Positions 48,269-56,965 of a stretch of DNA of 64,000 nucleotides are shown here, piece by piece. The stretch covers positions 502 through 64,501 of the forward strand of contig CAZWPN010000004.1 in assembly GCA_964635275.1 (NCBI GenBank), written 5' to 3'. The stretch comes from an uncultured Victivallales bacterium (GTDB taxonomy: Bacteria; Verrucomicrobiota; Kiritimatiellia; UBA8416; CAZWPN01). Numbering within the stretch: position 1 is the first letter of the stretch; every line of letters begins with the position of its first letter. Below the pieces are notes generated by a model, which did no database searches, had not been told where the DNA came from, and saw nothing but the letters and a program-made list of their open reading frames with translations. The position numbers and the translations under genes were made by a program.

Positions 48269-50905
48269 CTAGGCCCTCTTTCCGATAACGACGTCCTTGA
48301 GCAGATTGACAAGGGCATGGTATTCGAACGGCTTCTGCACAAACCCCGCCAGTTTCGTACCGCCGAACCTGCGGCACGCCTCGCTCTCGTTGTAGCCGCT
48401 GCAGAGAACCACCTTAACATCGGGCCGGATGCAAAGCAGTTGCTCGAATGTCTGCTCTCCATTCAGTCGGGGCATCGTAAGGTCCAGCAAAACCGCGACC
48501 ACCGAGTCTGCATGCTCCCTGAACTTATCCACAGCATCCTGACCGTCCACTGCAGTGACAACGCGGAACCCTATCTTCTCCAGAATCATACGTGAGATGC
48601 TCCGCATGGACTCCTCATCGTCCGCAACCAGAATAGTCCCTGATGCTTGCCAGAAATGAGCCCCCGTGATGATCGACTGCGGCAGATGCTCAATTTCCTT
48701 TTCCGACAAAGGCAGCAGGACCTTGAACGTCGACCCCCTGCCCGGTTCGCTGTAGACATGGATTGCGCCCCGGTGTCCGCGGACAATTCCGAGCACCGCC
48801 GCCAAACCCAGACCGCGCCCGCTCGCCTTGGTAGTAAAGAAGGGGTCAAAGATACGCCCCCTGGTCTCCGCGTCCATTCCGCAACCTGTATCCGACACCT
48901 CAAGAAAAGCGTATGCACCCTCCTGAAGCCCCTCGTTGATGTAAGTCTGAGACAGATAGTTCCTGTCGGCATCGACAATTCCGGTGCGTATGGTGATGGT
49001 TCCCGGCGTATCGCCAATCGCGTCCGATGCATTGGTAATCAGATTCATCAGAATCTGGCGGAACTGCGCCACGTCCACCTCAACGCTGGGCAGTGTTTCG
49101 GCCAGATCATACCGCACAATGGCCTTCTTGCTTATCGAGACCTGGAGAAGGTTGGCCATCTCTCTGACAATCAGATTGAGGTCCACCACCTTGATTACGA
49201 ACTTACCCTTACCTGAATAGGCCAGCAACTGCGACGTCAAATCCGACGCACGGACTGCGGCTCTCTTGATCTCCTCAACAAACGAATACCCGGGAGCTGA
49301 CTGTTCCATGTCCTGCAACGCTAGATCGGCATTGCCCATCACCGCCACAAGCAGATTGTTGAAGTCGTGGGCAATCCCACCGGCAAGGATCCCCAGGCTC
49401 TCCAGCTTTTGCCCCTGAACCATCTGCTGATGCAACTGCCTCTTGTCAGCCTCAACCTGCCGGCGCACCGTAAGATCACGGAACACCATCTGCAGCAGAA
49501 CTTCGCTGCCCATCGTGACCATGGACAGATTCATCTCAGTCTCGACGATAGACCCGTCGAGACGCCGGCACCGCCACTCTGCCACCGACGCCCCCTCGCT
49601 CCGCACCTTATCCATCAGGGCATCCCACAGGGCACGCGACTCCTCGCCCTCAGCTTGCATGGGCGGCAAAAGAGAGGCAAACGGGTGACCGACGATCTGT
49701 TCGCGACTCCCGCCAAACAGGGCCATCGCCCGTGTATTGCAATCCATCACCTGCTGGTCCTTCAGGACTACGAGGGCATCGCCGGCGTTCTCAAACAACG
49801 CGCGGTACCGCCGTTCGTTGTCCCGCAATGACTCCTCCGCCTTCTGCAAATCCCCCAGCATTCGATTGACATCCTCGCTCAGAAGGCTGATTTCGTCTTT
49901 CCCTACCACCGGCAAGCGAATCGCCATGTCCCCTGTCTTCCCGATCCGGCTCATCGTCTCGGCTATCCGGCTGATGCGTGAAACCACCATGGTCTCCAGA
50001 ACACCGAGCACAAGTAGCAACAGGGCAACACCGGTAATACCAACAGATAACATCGCCAAACGGACCGCGCGAAGGCCCTGCTTCATGACTTCGCGCGGCA
50101 GGCTGGCCCGCAGAAGGAGCGCCGCCTGCCCATCCACATCCGACAGGGTCGTATACGCCTTAACCCACTCGGGCGAGCTTCTGTCAAGGTGGTTTGGCGT
50201 CTCCGGCGATATCATGGAAAGCGCCTTCCCGATCCCGCCTGGTAGACCGCTCTCTCTCAGCGGCCAGATATCGAGCGGAATCTGCAATTCCCGCACAAAC
50301 CCCGACAAAACCTGCGCCGTGATCCGCCGGCCCACAATGACGCTCCCAGTAATACGCTCAACGCCGCCCTCTGAAGTAGCAATTGGATGCGAGGCCACTG
50401 CCATCGTTTCGCCTGAAACCACCACCAAACCAGCAGTGCGGTCCCGCGGACCGGCAAAAGTAGTGAACCGTGGCAGAAGCGAGTTCACGACGTCCGGGTT
50501 GAGCTGCGCGACATCCGCACTGTCGGCCCCGCATTGTCCCTGCCAGACAACCTCGCCTCCCTCGCCAACGTAGAGGATCATGTCGACGCGGTTGTCGTAG
50601 AAAACCGAGGGGGGAAAACAGGCGCCGATCTGAGCCCGCTCACGATTGGCCAACAGCAGACGAACATCCCGAAGCGTCGAACAATGGAATGCCACCGCAC
50701 CGACCCGGTCAACCTCGCGACGGAACGCCTCCTGACAGCGGGCGATGTCCCGCTTGGCGCTCTCCTGCTCCAGACGGACGAAGTTCGGAACGACTACCAG
50801 CCGGTTTAACCCGTACTCGAGCACCCCGTAGAAGACGAAGACTGCTAAGACGACAAGGGCTATACGCAATCTGAGCATATGGAGACGTTTCTTCTTGTCA
50901 AACAA
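48269..50905 (-). CDS. Hybrid sensor histidine kinase (TM + extracytoplasmic sensor, PAS, HisKA, HATPase, C-terminal REC)
   Basis: H-box AHDFNNLL, ATP-lid DTGCGMD...GRGLGL, and a C-terminal REC (ILVADDEE...LDLTMPRLNG). Confidence 0.85.
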   Translation of the reverse strand: MFDKKKRLHMLRLRIALVVLAVFVFYGVLEYGLNRLVVVPNFVRLEQESAKRDIARCQEAFRREVDRVGAVAFHCSTLRDVRLLLANRERAQIGACFPPSVFYDNRVDMILYVGEGGEVVWQGQCGADSADVAQLNPDVVNSLLPRFTTFAGPRDRTAGLVVVSGETMAVASHPIATSEGGVERITGSVIVGRRITAQVLSGFVRELQIPLDIWPLRESGLPGGIGKALSMISPETPNHLDRSSPEWVKAYTTLSDVDGQAALLLRASLPREVMKQGLRAVRLAMLSVGITGVALLLLVLGVLETMVVSRISRIAETMSRIGKTGDMAIRLPVVGKDEISLLSEDVNRMLGDLQKAEESLRDNERRYRALFENAGDALVVLKDQQVMDCNTRAMALFGGSREQIVGHPFASLLPPMQAEGEESRALWDALMDKVRSEGASVAEWRCRRLDGSIVETEMNLSMVTMGSEVLLQMVFRDLTVRRQVEADKRQLHQQMVQGQKLESLGILAGGIAHDFNNLLVAVMGNADLALQDMEQSAPGYSFVEEIKRAAVRASDLTSQLLAYSGKGKFVIKVVDLNLIVREMANLLQVSISKKAIVRYDLAETLPSVEVDVAQFRQILMNLITNASDAIGDTPGTITIRTGIVDADRNYLSQTYINEGLQEGAYAFLEVSDTGCGMDAETRGRIFDPFFTTKASGRGLGLAAVLGIVRGHRGAIHVYSEPGRGSTFKVLLPLSEKEIEHLPQSIITGAHFWQASGTILVADDEESMRSISRMILEKIGFRVVTAVDGQDAVDKFREHADSVVAVLLDLTMPRLNGEQTFEQLLCIRPDVKVVLCSGYNESEACRRFGGTKLAGFVQKPFEYHALVNLLKDVVIGKRA

Positions 50906-51553
50906 TCACCCGACACGCCCCGCCAGCCAGAAAAGTCAGCGTCAATACAGCTGCACACACCTGCCGCCTGGCTCCCGAAAGCCTAACGCCGTGCATGATA
51001 GTTTCCAGCCGGCCTAAGCGCAAGCATTACGCAACGATGCGCACGATTGCAGCTATGGCGGTTTCTCGTCGGATCAGCCATAGACAGGCACCCCTTCCTC
51101 CCGAATCATATGGGCGAACCGGCTTGAGGTGGAAGGTCGATCACATCAACAGGCGACGACAGTCAGGGCAACAATTCCCCGTAGAAGGTGAAGAAGTGTT
51201 GAGTTCGGATTCCGTCAATCGCAATCTCAACATCCCTATAGCCAACGTCATTCCGGGCGGCAAAACCGAAAACATACACCCTATTGACGCCCTATTTGGA
51301 CGCCAGTTCTCGTATCGCCTGCCTGTCTTCCATGTTCACCATGCCCCCATTATACGCTACGTCCCAATATGGCAAAAGCATTTGTGAACATATAGAACGA
51401 CGGTGTGGATTTCGACACTAATCAATATTACTCAAACTCAAAATACTCGACAGCTTTGCTCCGCACGCTACTTTAACAAACTCGACACTTAATCTTAAGC
51501 ACTGTCATCATTTATCCGCAAACGTGTTTCTGTCCAATCAGTCGCACGCTACA

Positions 51554-51778
51554 TCACTTGACTTCCGCTTTTTTCTCCACCGCCTTGTTACTGCAACTGC
51601 ACGCAGGCCCCTTGCACAAATTACACTTCGCGGAGTCATCCGTTTTCTCAACTTCACACTTCCGAGTGCTGCATCCTTCTTTCAAAGGGCATTTCCGCCC
51701 AGCACAACATCCAGAAATCATTACGGATGCCCCTATAACCAACGCCACAATAATAACAACCTTTCCGATCGTCCTCAT
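51554..51778 (-). CDS. Small Cys-rich lipoprotein (9 Cys in ~45 aa mature region; metallothionein-like?) in a low-GC islet
   Basis: Lipoprotein signal (MRTIGKVVIIVALVIGASVMISGC) with a lipobox ISG|C. An AAAGG RBS sits 9 nt upstream. The mature part is CCAGRKCPLKEGCSTRKCEVEKTDDSAKCNLCKGPACSCSNK. Gene GC is ~47% versus ~62% for neighbours. Confidence 0.55.
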   Translation of the reverse strand: MRTIGKVVIIVALVIGASVMISGCCAGRKCPLKEGCSTRKCEVEKTDDSAKCNLCKGPACSCSNKAVEKKAEVK

Positions 51779-52042
51779 ATTCATACCTTTCTTTTCTGAC
51801 AATTAACTTACTTAGATTTTATAAGCATGGAGAGTGCCAGCACACGTCACAAAAGAGTCATATGCAATGTAACACTCATGCCATGAATCAGATACGACAT
51901 GTATGGTTGGCGTCTCAAGAAGGTCAATGGCAGCAGGCGACTGTATCTTTCAGAGAGAGCGAGACAGAGTGAGGCGTGCGGGAAACAACAATTGAACCTC
52001 GGCAGGCTAGCCCAGCACCACGGGAATAATGGAAACCCGACG

Positions 52043-52543
52043 TCATCGCTCGATTTGCGCTGCAGCCGAGTTATATATATCCCCGCCGCCCTGAAGGTAG
52101 GATTCAAGGACCGCAACGGACTCGCTCCGCAGAACGTCACGGACGACATCAACGCCTCGCCGCCGCAGGCCTTCGACCCACCGCCGCGGTTTCTGTCCCT
52201 CATCGAAACCGATTGCGCGGGCGTCCGTGTCACGGGCGCCACACACCACGCGCCGCACACCCGACCATGGAATCGCACCCAGGCACATAGCGCAAGGCTC
52301 GGCGCTTGTCACCAGTTCAAAGTGCCGCCCTGGATCCGCTGCCAGATCGTGCGACCCAATCCGCTGCTGAGCCGTGGCCAGCGCAACCATCTCCGCATGA
52401 GCCATCGAACTGCGCCAGGAAACCACGAGGTTCACACCCACCGACACGAGTTCTGGACGGTGCCCGGCATAGACAGCGGCAGCGAAAGGGCCGCCGGTCC
52501 CCCTGGCTATGTTCTGCCCCGCCAACCGCAGCACAAAGCGCAT
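52043..52543 (-). CDS. CDA-family zinc deaminase, guanine-deaminase (GuaD)-like
   Basis: GGPFAAAV, HAEMVAL and PCAMCLGAIPWSGVRR align with B. subtilis GuaD (GGPFGAVI, HAEVTAI, PCPMCLGAIYWARPK), as does DTDA..GFD. Start chosen at MRFVLRLAG. Confidence 0.7.
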   Translation of the reverse strand: MRFVLRLAGQNIARGTGGPFAAAVYAGHRPELVSVGVNLVVSWRSSMAHAEMVALATAQQRIGSHDLAADPGRHFELVTSAEPCAMCLGAIPWSGVRRVVCGARDTDARAIGFDEGQKPRRWVEGLRRRGVDVVRDVLRSESVAVLESYLQGGGDIYNSAAAQIER

Positions 52544-52659
52544 GCGGTCCTCAATCGTTCCCCCCTCGCCACCGTGCCGCCGAACAAAGCCCAACACCCA
52601 TCCAGGAAGCTGCCATCGGATCTCGGATGGACACCGCAAGGTGGAATCCCCATGGAGCT

Positions 52660-53331
52660 TCATTGCCGCGCTCCGGCAGCGTCCATCAGCAGGCGGTAAT
52701 TGTCCGGGATGGGCAGTTCATCGTCCGGTGCCGGAAGCAGGTCGTCCGCCGTGTCCGGCTTTCTGTCCGGGCCGGCGGACTTCACGACAGGCCGTCCATC
52801 CTCCAAACGGTAGATGTAAGGATGCCGCCACGGATCGGGTCTGATCAGCGACACGTAGGGGCCGGACCAGTTGCTTACCCCGGGATTCAACACAAGCGCT
52901 TTGAAGCCGAAATTCGTGGCCGGGTACCCTGCACAGTCGATCCGGTAGAGTTCCAGCCCTGTTCGAAGAGCCGTCACCTCGCTTGACGCCTTCAGCACGC
53001 GATGGCTGAGCGTGGCCGAGAACTTGGTCCCTTTAGACCTCACCGCCAAGGCGCCGCCCACGATGGCTAGTGCCGCAGCCAGCGCAAGCACCTGCGCCGG
53101 CCTCCGGGTGAGAACTCCCGCCGTATTGGGAATAGCTCTGCGCTGACGATCCGCGTCCTTCACAATCCGAAGGCGGGTCATCTTCCGCTTGAGGAACGGC
53201 GTCCGCTGATAGGCCTCGGGTACCTTCATCCGCCGCCCGCAGAACGGACACGGCCCTGAGAGCGGCTTCTCTCCAAGGTCACCCTTGCAGTAGGCGCAGC
53301 GAAATCGAGGCATGCCTACCTCTCCTGCCAC
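52660..53331 (-). CDS. Zinc-ribbon + single TM + type II secretion GspG-like pseudopilin domain fusion protein
   Basis: N-terminal CxxC...CxxC (RCAYCKG...CPFCGRRM) and a TM (LALAAALAIVGGALAV). The C-terminal domain matches the GspG fold (ALRTGLELYRIDCAGYP...FKALV.NP..SNWSGPY...DPW..PYIY......SAGPD.KPDTADD). It lacks the prepilin GFTLxE leader. Confidence 0.65.
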   Translation of the reverse strand: MAGEVGMPRFRCAYCKGDLGEKPLSGPCPFCGRRMKVPEAYQRTPFLKRKMTRLRIVKDADRQRRAIPNTAGVLTRRPAQVLALAAALAIVGGALAVRSKGTKFSATLSHRVLKASSEVTALRTGLELYRIDCAGYPATNFGFKALVLNPGVSNWSGPYVSLIRPDPWRHPYIYRLEDGRPVVKSAGPDRKPDTADDLLPAPDDELPIPDNYRLLMDAAGARQ

Positions 53332-53333
53332 GG

Positions 53334-53744
53334 TCAGGGGTTAACGTTAGACAGCGACTGCGTCGCGAAGTCAATCCGGCGATAGTAGCAGTTGCGCGGC
53401 TCTCCCCGGCTGTTCTTGGTGTGGCAGATGCCGCCGCGGCGCGGCCGCACCTTGTACAATAGCGAGTTCTGCTCACAGTTGACAAAAGCCGACACCATCT
53501 CAAACGTTTCTCCCGACGTCTTGCCCTTTTCCCAAAGCTCGTTGCGGGAGGTACTCCATAGCACCAGCGTTCGCGTCTCCAGCGAAATGCGCATCGCCTT
53601 CTCATTCGTATAGGCGACGAGGATCACTTCCCCCGTGTCCGCATTCTGGACGGCCACGGGAATCACGTTCTTGCAGACAGACGCGATCGTGGCGATCTTT
53701 GCGAAATCCAACTTCAAAGTCGCTGTTTCTTCCAAGTCACCCAT
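53334..53744 (-). CDS. hisI: Phosphoribosyl-AMP cyclohydrolase
   Basis: HisI signature (VILVAYTNEKA...TRTLVLWSTSRNELWEKG.TSGE...C..NSLL.KV....G..CH). Start chosen at MGDLEE after a GGAGAGGAG RBS. Its stop is 3 nt from the next start. Confidence 0.8.
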   Translation of the reverse strand: MGDLEETATLKLDFAKIATIASVCKNVIPVAVQNADTGEVILVAYTNEKAMRISLETRTLVLWSTSRNELWEKGKTSGETFEMVSAFVNCEQNSLLYKVRPRRGGICHTKNSRGEPRNCYYRRIDFATQSLSNVNP

Positions 53745-53835
53745 GTTCACGTTCTCCTCTCCACATAGGGGCCAAACAATGCGCTTCACTGCCGTACGGC
53801 CCCAGCCGGCAGCTAGCACGCTACAGAAAAAGCAG

Positions 53836-54420
53836 TCAAGCCAGTTTCCGGATAACGGTCCGCACCACTCCGCCTATTTCCATGGAGCGCTGTGGCCGTA
53901 TCGGCCGGTAGTTGCGATTGGCTGGCTCAAGCCGCACCCCGCCATCGTCCCTGACAAAGTACTTCATCGTCCATTCGCCATCCACCTGGGCAACAACAAT
54001 ATCGTTGGTCTTTGGATCCACGCCACGTTCCACAAGCACAAGGTCGCCCGGATAGATCCCTGCCTCACTCATTGAGTCGCCGGTCACTTTCAGCATGAAC
54101 GTCGCCTCGGGCTTCTCGATCAGGAATTCGTCGAGGCTGAGCGTGTCCAGCAACTCCTCCTCGGCAGGTGAAGGAAATCCGGCCGCCACGGATCCCAGCA
54201 TGCGAAGAGCTCCGGTCAGCTTCTCCGTCGCCGCGACCTTGTGCCCTTTCCTCGCCACATAGCCATGCTGTTCCAGCTTCTTGAGCAGGCCATGCACCGC
54301 GTTCTTCGAACTGTATCCGAATAACGCCAGCATCTCATTGTAGCCGGGAAAGCGCCGCTCACGGGCATGAAAGGCCCGCAGCGTCGCCACTTTCTCCCTG
54401 ATATTGATTTCTCTTGGCAT
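53836..54420 (-). CDS. lexA: LexA repressor
   Basis: N-terminal winged HTH and a C-terminal S24 peptidase domain (VTGDSM...K). Confidence 0.9.
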   Translation of the reverse strand: MPREINIREKVATLRAFHARERRFPGYNEMLALFGYSSKNAVHGLLKKLEQHGYVARKGHKVAATEKLTGALRMLGSVAAGFPSPAEEELLDTLSLDEFLIEKPEATFMLKVTGDSMSEAGIYPGDLVLVERGVDPKTNDIVVAQVDGEWTMKYFVRDDGGVRLEPANRNYRPIRPQRSMEIGGVVRTVIRKLA

Positions 54421-54452
54421 TGCAGATCCAGCTTTAGTCCGGATTTATAACT

Positions 54453-54464
54453 GAACCGAAGTTC
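54453..54464. promoter_or_regulatory. Putative SOS box GAACCGAAGTTC (GAAC-N4-GTTC palindrome), 33 bp upstream of the lexA start codon
   Basis: Perfect inverted repeat of the CGAAC/GTTCG-type LexA operator core. It is adjacent to the palindromic TTATAA, a possible -10. Confidence 0.5.
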
Positions 54465-54485
54465 TTTATCAATCAGAATTCCCGT

Positions 54486-54520
54486 GCTTGACGAAGATCG
54501 AGGTCTTTAGCATAATTTTA
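54486..54520 (+). promoter_or_regulatory. Sigma-70-type promoter TTGACG-17-CATAAT for the ilv leader
   Basis: Near-consensus hexamers with 17-nt spacing lie a few nt upstream of the leader ATG. Confidence 0.6.
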
Positions 54521-54525
54521 GACAC

Positions 54526-54630
54526 ATGAGTTCAACAGGTTCCAACGCGACGCTGTCAACGATCATCCTACCGGTCGTTGTAGGGGTGGTCGTTCTCCGC
54601 CTTACCGGGGCGGTGAGCGTCGCGGCGTGA
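54526..54630 (+). CDS. ilv operon leader peptide (34 aa: MSSTGSNATLSTIILPVVVGVVVLRLTGAVSVAA)
   Basis: Short ORF with a 14-codon run dominated by Ile/Leu/Val. It lies between the promoter and a rho-independent terminator, directly upstream of ilvB. Confidence 0.7.
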   Translation: MSSTGSNATLSTIILPVVVGVVVLRLTGAVSVAA

Positions 54631-54675
54631 GGAGCCCGTAATCGCAATCTTCACGAAGCGAGAGACGCCCACCGC
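54610..54675 (+). promoter_or_regulatory. Antiterminator pairing: GCGGTGAGCGTC (54610-21, end of leader ORF) with GACGCCCACCGC (54664-75, 5' arm of the terminator)
   Basis: 11 of 12 complementary. The pairing is mutually exclusive with the terminator stem. Confidence 0.55.
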
Positions 54676-54701
54676 AAACGATGCGGTGGGTTTTTGTTTT
54701 T
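54664..54701 (+). terminator. Attenuator (rho-independent terminator): CCCACCGCA-aacga-TGCGGTGGG followed by TTTTTGTTTTT
   Basis: Perfect 9-bp GC-rich stem with a U-tract, 28 nt upstream of the ilvB ATG. Confidence 0.7.
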
Positions 54702-54728
54702 AGAGGAGCGAAAAACAAGGAGACAGTC

Positions 54729-56447
54729 ATGAGAACGGGTGCTGAGTGCGTGGTGAAGGGGCTGGAACGTGCGGGTGTGACCACCGTGTTCGGTCTGCCG
54801 GGCGGCGTGATTCTTGACGTTTTCTCCCGTCTTTATCACTCCAAGATGGAGTTCGTGTTGACCCGTCATGAGCAGGGCGCCACGCACATGGCCGACGGAT
54901 ATGCCCGGGCCACAGGCAAGGTTGGTTGCTGCGTCGTGACCTCCGGTCCTGGCGCCACTAATGCCGTTACCGGACTGGCCACGGCCAACATGGACGGCGT
55001 CCCCATTGTCTGCATCACAGGGCAGGTCCTCTCCACCATGATCGGAAACGATGCCTTTCAGGAGGCGGATATCGTGGGGATCACCCGTGCAATCACCAAG
55101 CACAACTACCTGGTCAAGAATGTGGACGACCTGCCCCGCGTCATGGCCGAAGCGTTCCACATTGCCTCGACCGGCAGACCCGGCCCGGTGCTCGTGGATG
55201 TGCCTAAAGATGTGCAGAAGGCATCAACGAAGGCCGACTTTCCCGCAGAAGTCAGCCTGCGCGGCTACCGCCCTACCGTGCAAGGCCATCCCAAGCAGAT
55301 CGAAAAACTGGCTCATGCCATTCAGCACTCCAAGCGTCCCCTGCTCTACGTGGGCGGCGGCGCTATTGCCAGCGAGGCAACCGCAGAACTGACGGAACTG
55401 GCCCGAAAGGCGCAAATCCCCGTGACAACGACGCTTCTGGGGCTGGGCGCCTTCCCTGAGACCGATCCTCTGGCGCTGCGCATGCTCGGCATGCACGGCA
55501 GCGTCGCCGCCAACATGGCCGTGAGCCACTGCGACCTCCTGATCTCGGTAGGCGCGCGATTCGATGATCGCGTGACAGGCAAGGTTTCGGAGTTCGCTCC
55601 GGGCGCGGTAAAGGCCCATATTGACATTGACCCGTCCGCCATTGGCAAAAGCGTGAGCATTGATATCCCTGTGGTAGGGGACGCAAAGCACATTCTGCGG
55701 GACCTCATCCCATTGGTGAAGCCGATGCCCAGGCCGGAGTGGATGGCCGACATCGCCACCTGGCAGAAGTCGCATCAGTTCCAGTTCGATCGCGAGACGA
55801 CCGAATTGCTGCCGCAGTTTGTAATCGAGCAGGTGTACGAAACGACCGGCGGAAACGCCATCATTACCACCGACGTGGGTCAACACCAGATGTGGGCTGC
55901 GCACTTCTACAAGTACACGCAACCTCGGTCATTCCTCTCATCGGGCGGACTGGGCACGATGGGATTCGGACTGCCGGCAGCAATAGGCGCCAAGGCCGGC
56001 CTACGCGACCGCAACGTGGTGTGCCTCTCGGGAGACGGGAGCATCCAGATGAACTTCCAGGAACTGGTTGTGGCCGTGGAGCACGACCTGCCCATCACCG
56101 TGGTCATCCTGAACAATGGCTGCCTGGGCATGGTGCGCCAGTGGCAGGAAATGTTCTACAAGAAGGAGTACGCCGCCAGCCGGCTCGGGCAAAGCCTGCG
56201 GGCCGAGAATGAGCGCATTCCCGCCGGCCGCGAAGGGTACCTGCCGGACTTCGTGAAGATGGCCGAGGCACACGGCGCAATGGGCCTGCGAGTGAGCCGC
56301 AAGAACGAGGTGGCCTCGGCGCTGCGCAAGGCGTTCGGATCCGGACGCCCCACAGTGATCGAATGCATCGTGAAGCCGGAAGAGAATGTTTACCCGATGG
56401 TGCCGCCGGGCGCATCACTGACCGAAATGGTTCAGAGCCTGGCCTGA
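54729..56447 (+). CDS. ilvB: Acetolactate synthase large subunit
   Basis: ThDP/FAD-binding AHAS (GLPGG, GPGATN, GGLGTMGFGLPAAIGA). AAGGAG RBS before the ATG at 54729. Confidence 0.9.
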   Translation: MRTGAECVVKGLERAGVTTVFGLPGGVILDVFSRLYHSKMEFVLTRHEQGATHMADGYARATGKVGCCVVTSGPGATNAVTGLATANMDGVPIVCITGQVLSTMIGNDAFQEADIVGITRAITKHNYLVKNVDDLPRVMAEAFHIASTGRPGPVLVDVPKDVQKASTKADFPAEVSLRGYRPTVQGHPKQIEKLAHAIQHSKRPLLYVGGGAIASEATAELTELARKAQIPVTTTLLGLGAFPETDPLALRMLGMHGSVAANMAVSHCDLLISVGARFDDRVTGKVSEFAPGAVKAHIDIDPSAIGKSVSIDIPVVGDAKHILRDLIPLVKPMPRPEWMADIATWQKSHQFQFDRETTELLPQFVIEQVYETTGGNAIITTDVGQHQMWAAHFYKYTQPRSFLSSGGLGTMGFGLPAAIGAKAGLRDRNVVCLSGDGSIQMNFQELVVAVEHDLPITVVILNNGCLGMVRQWQEMFYKKEYAASRLGQSLRAENERIPAGREGYLPDFVKMAEAHGAMGLRVSRKNEVASALRKAFGSGRPTVIECIVKPEENVYPMVPPGASLTEMVQSLA

Positions 56448-56475
56448 GGTTTGAAACGCAATAAGAGGTGCTGCT

Positions 56476-56952
56476 ATGAAACACGTAATCACTGCACTGG
56501 TGGAAAATCAACCCGGCGTGCTGGCCCGAATCGTGGGCCTGATCTCCGGACGTGGCTTCAACATTGAAAGCCTGAATGTTGCACCAACTCATGACGCAAC
56601 AACTTCCCGCCTGACGATGACCGTACCCGGCGACGACCGCGTCCTGGAGCAGGTGACCAAGCAACTGAATCGTCTGATTGACGTTATCAAGGTCTCCGAC
56701 CTCACACAGGAACGCTACATCAACCGCGAGTTGGTCCTCGTGGAGGTGAGTTGCCCCACGACGAAGCGCGCGGAGATTGTTGCCATAGCCGGCATATACG
56801 AGGCCCGTGTGGTTTCCGTGCAAGCCCGGTCCCTGACTGTCCAGATGGCCGGGAATGAGTGCCGCATCAACGACTTTCTGGAAATGCTGCGGCCCTACGG
56901 CATCATAGAGGTATCGCGGTCAGGAGTAATCGCGGTCGCACGCAGCGAGTAG
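56476..56952 (+). CDS. ilvN: Acetolactate synthase small (regulatory) subunit
   Basis: ACT domain (HVITALVENQPGVLARIVGLISGRGFNIESL). Confidence 0.9.
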   Translation: MKHVITALVENQPGVLARIVGLISGRGFNIESLNVAPTHDATTSRLTMTVPGDDRVLEQVTKQLNRLIDVIKVSDLTQERYINRELVLVEVSCPTTKRAEIVAIAGIYEARVVSVQARSLTVQMAGNECRINDFLEMLRPYGIIEVSRSGVIAVARSE

Positions 56953-56965
56953 CCAGGAAGAACCA

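Noticed and set aside
50995-51387. 130-aa + ORF in the low-GC spacer
   Set aside because: No RBS, an odd composition (His/Arg/Pro-rich) and it lies in a probable promoter/terminator spacer. Retained only as part of the islet finding.
51524-51806. Two + strand ORFs (91 and 82 aa) overlapping the Cys-rich lipoprotein gene
   Set aside because: Their translations are low-complexity. The minus-strand frame has an RBS, a lipoprotein signal peptide with lipobox, and a patterned Cys array.
54528-54546. GTTCAACAGGTTCC direct repeat (alphaproteobacterial-type LexA box GTTC-N7-GTTC look-alike) inside the ilv leader ORF
   Set aside because: Spacing is N5, not N7, and it lies within the leader coding sequence. 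The GAAC-N4-GTTC palindrome next to lexA is the better operator candidate.
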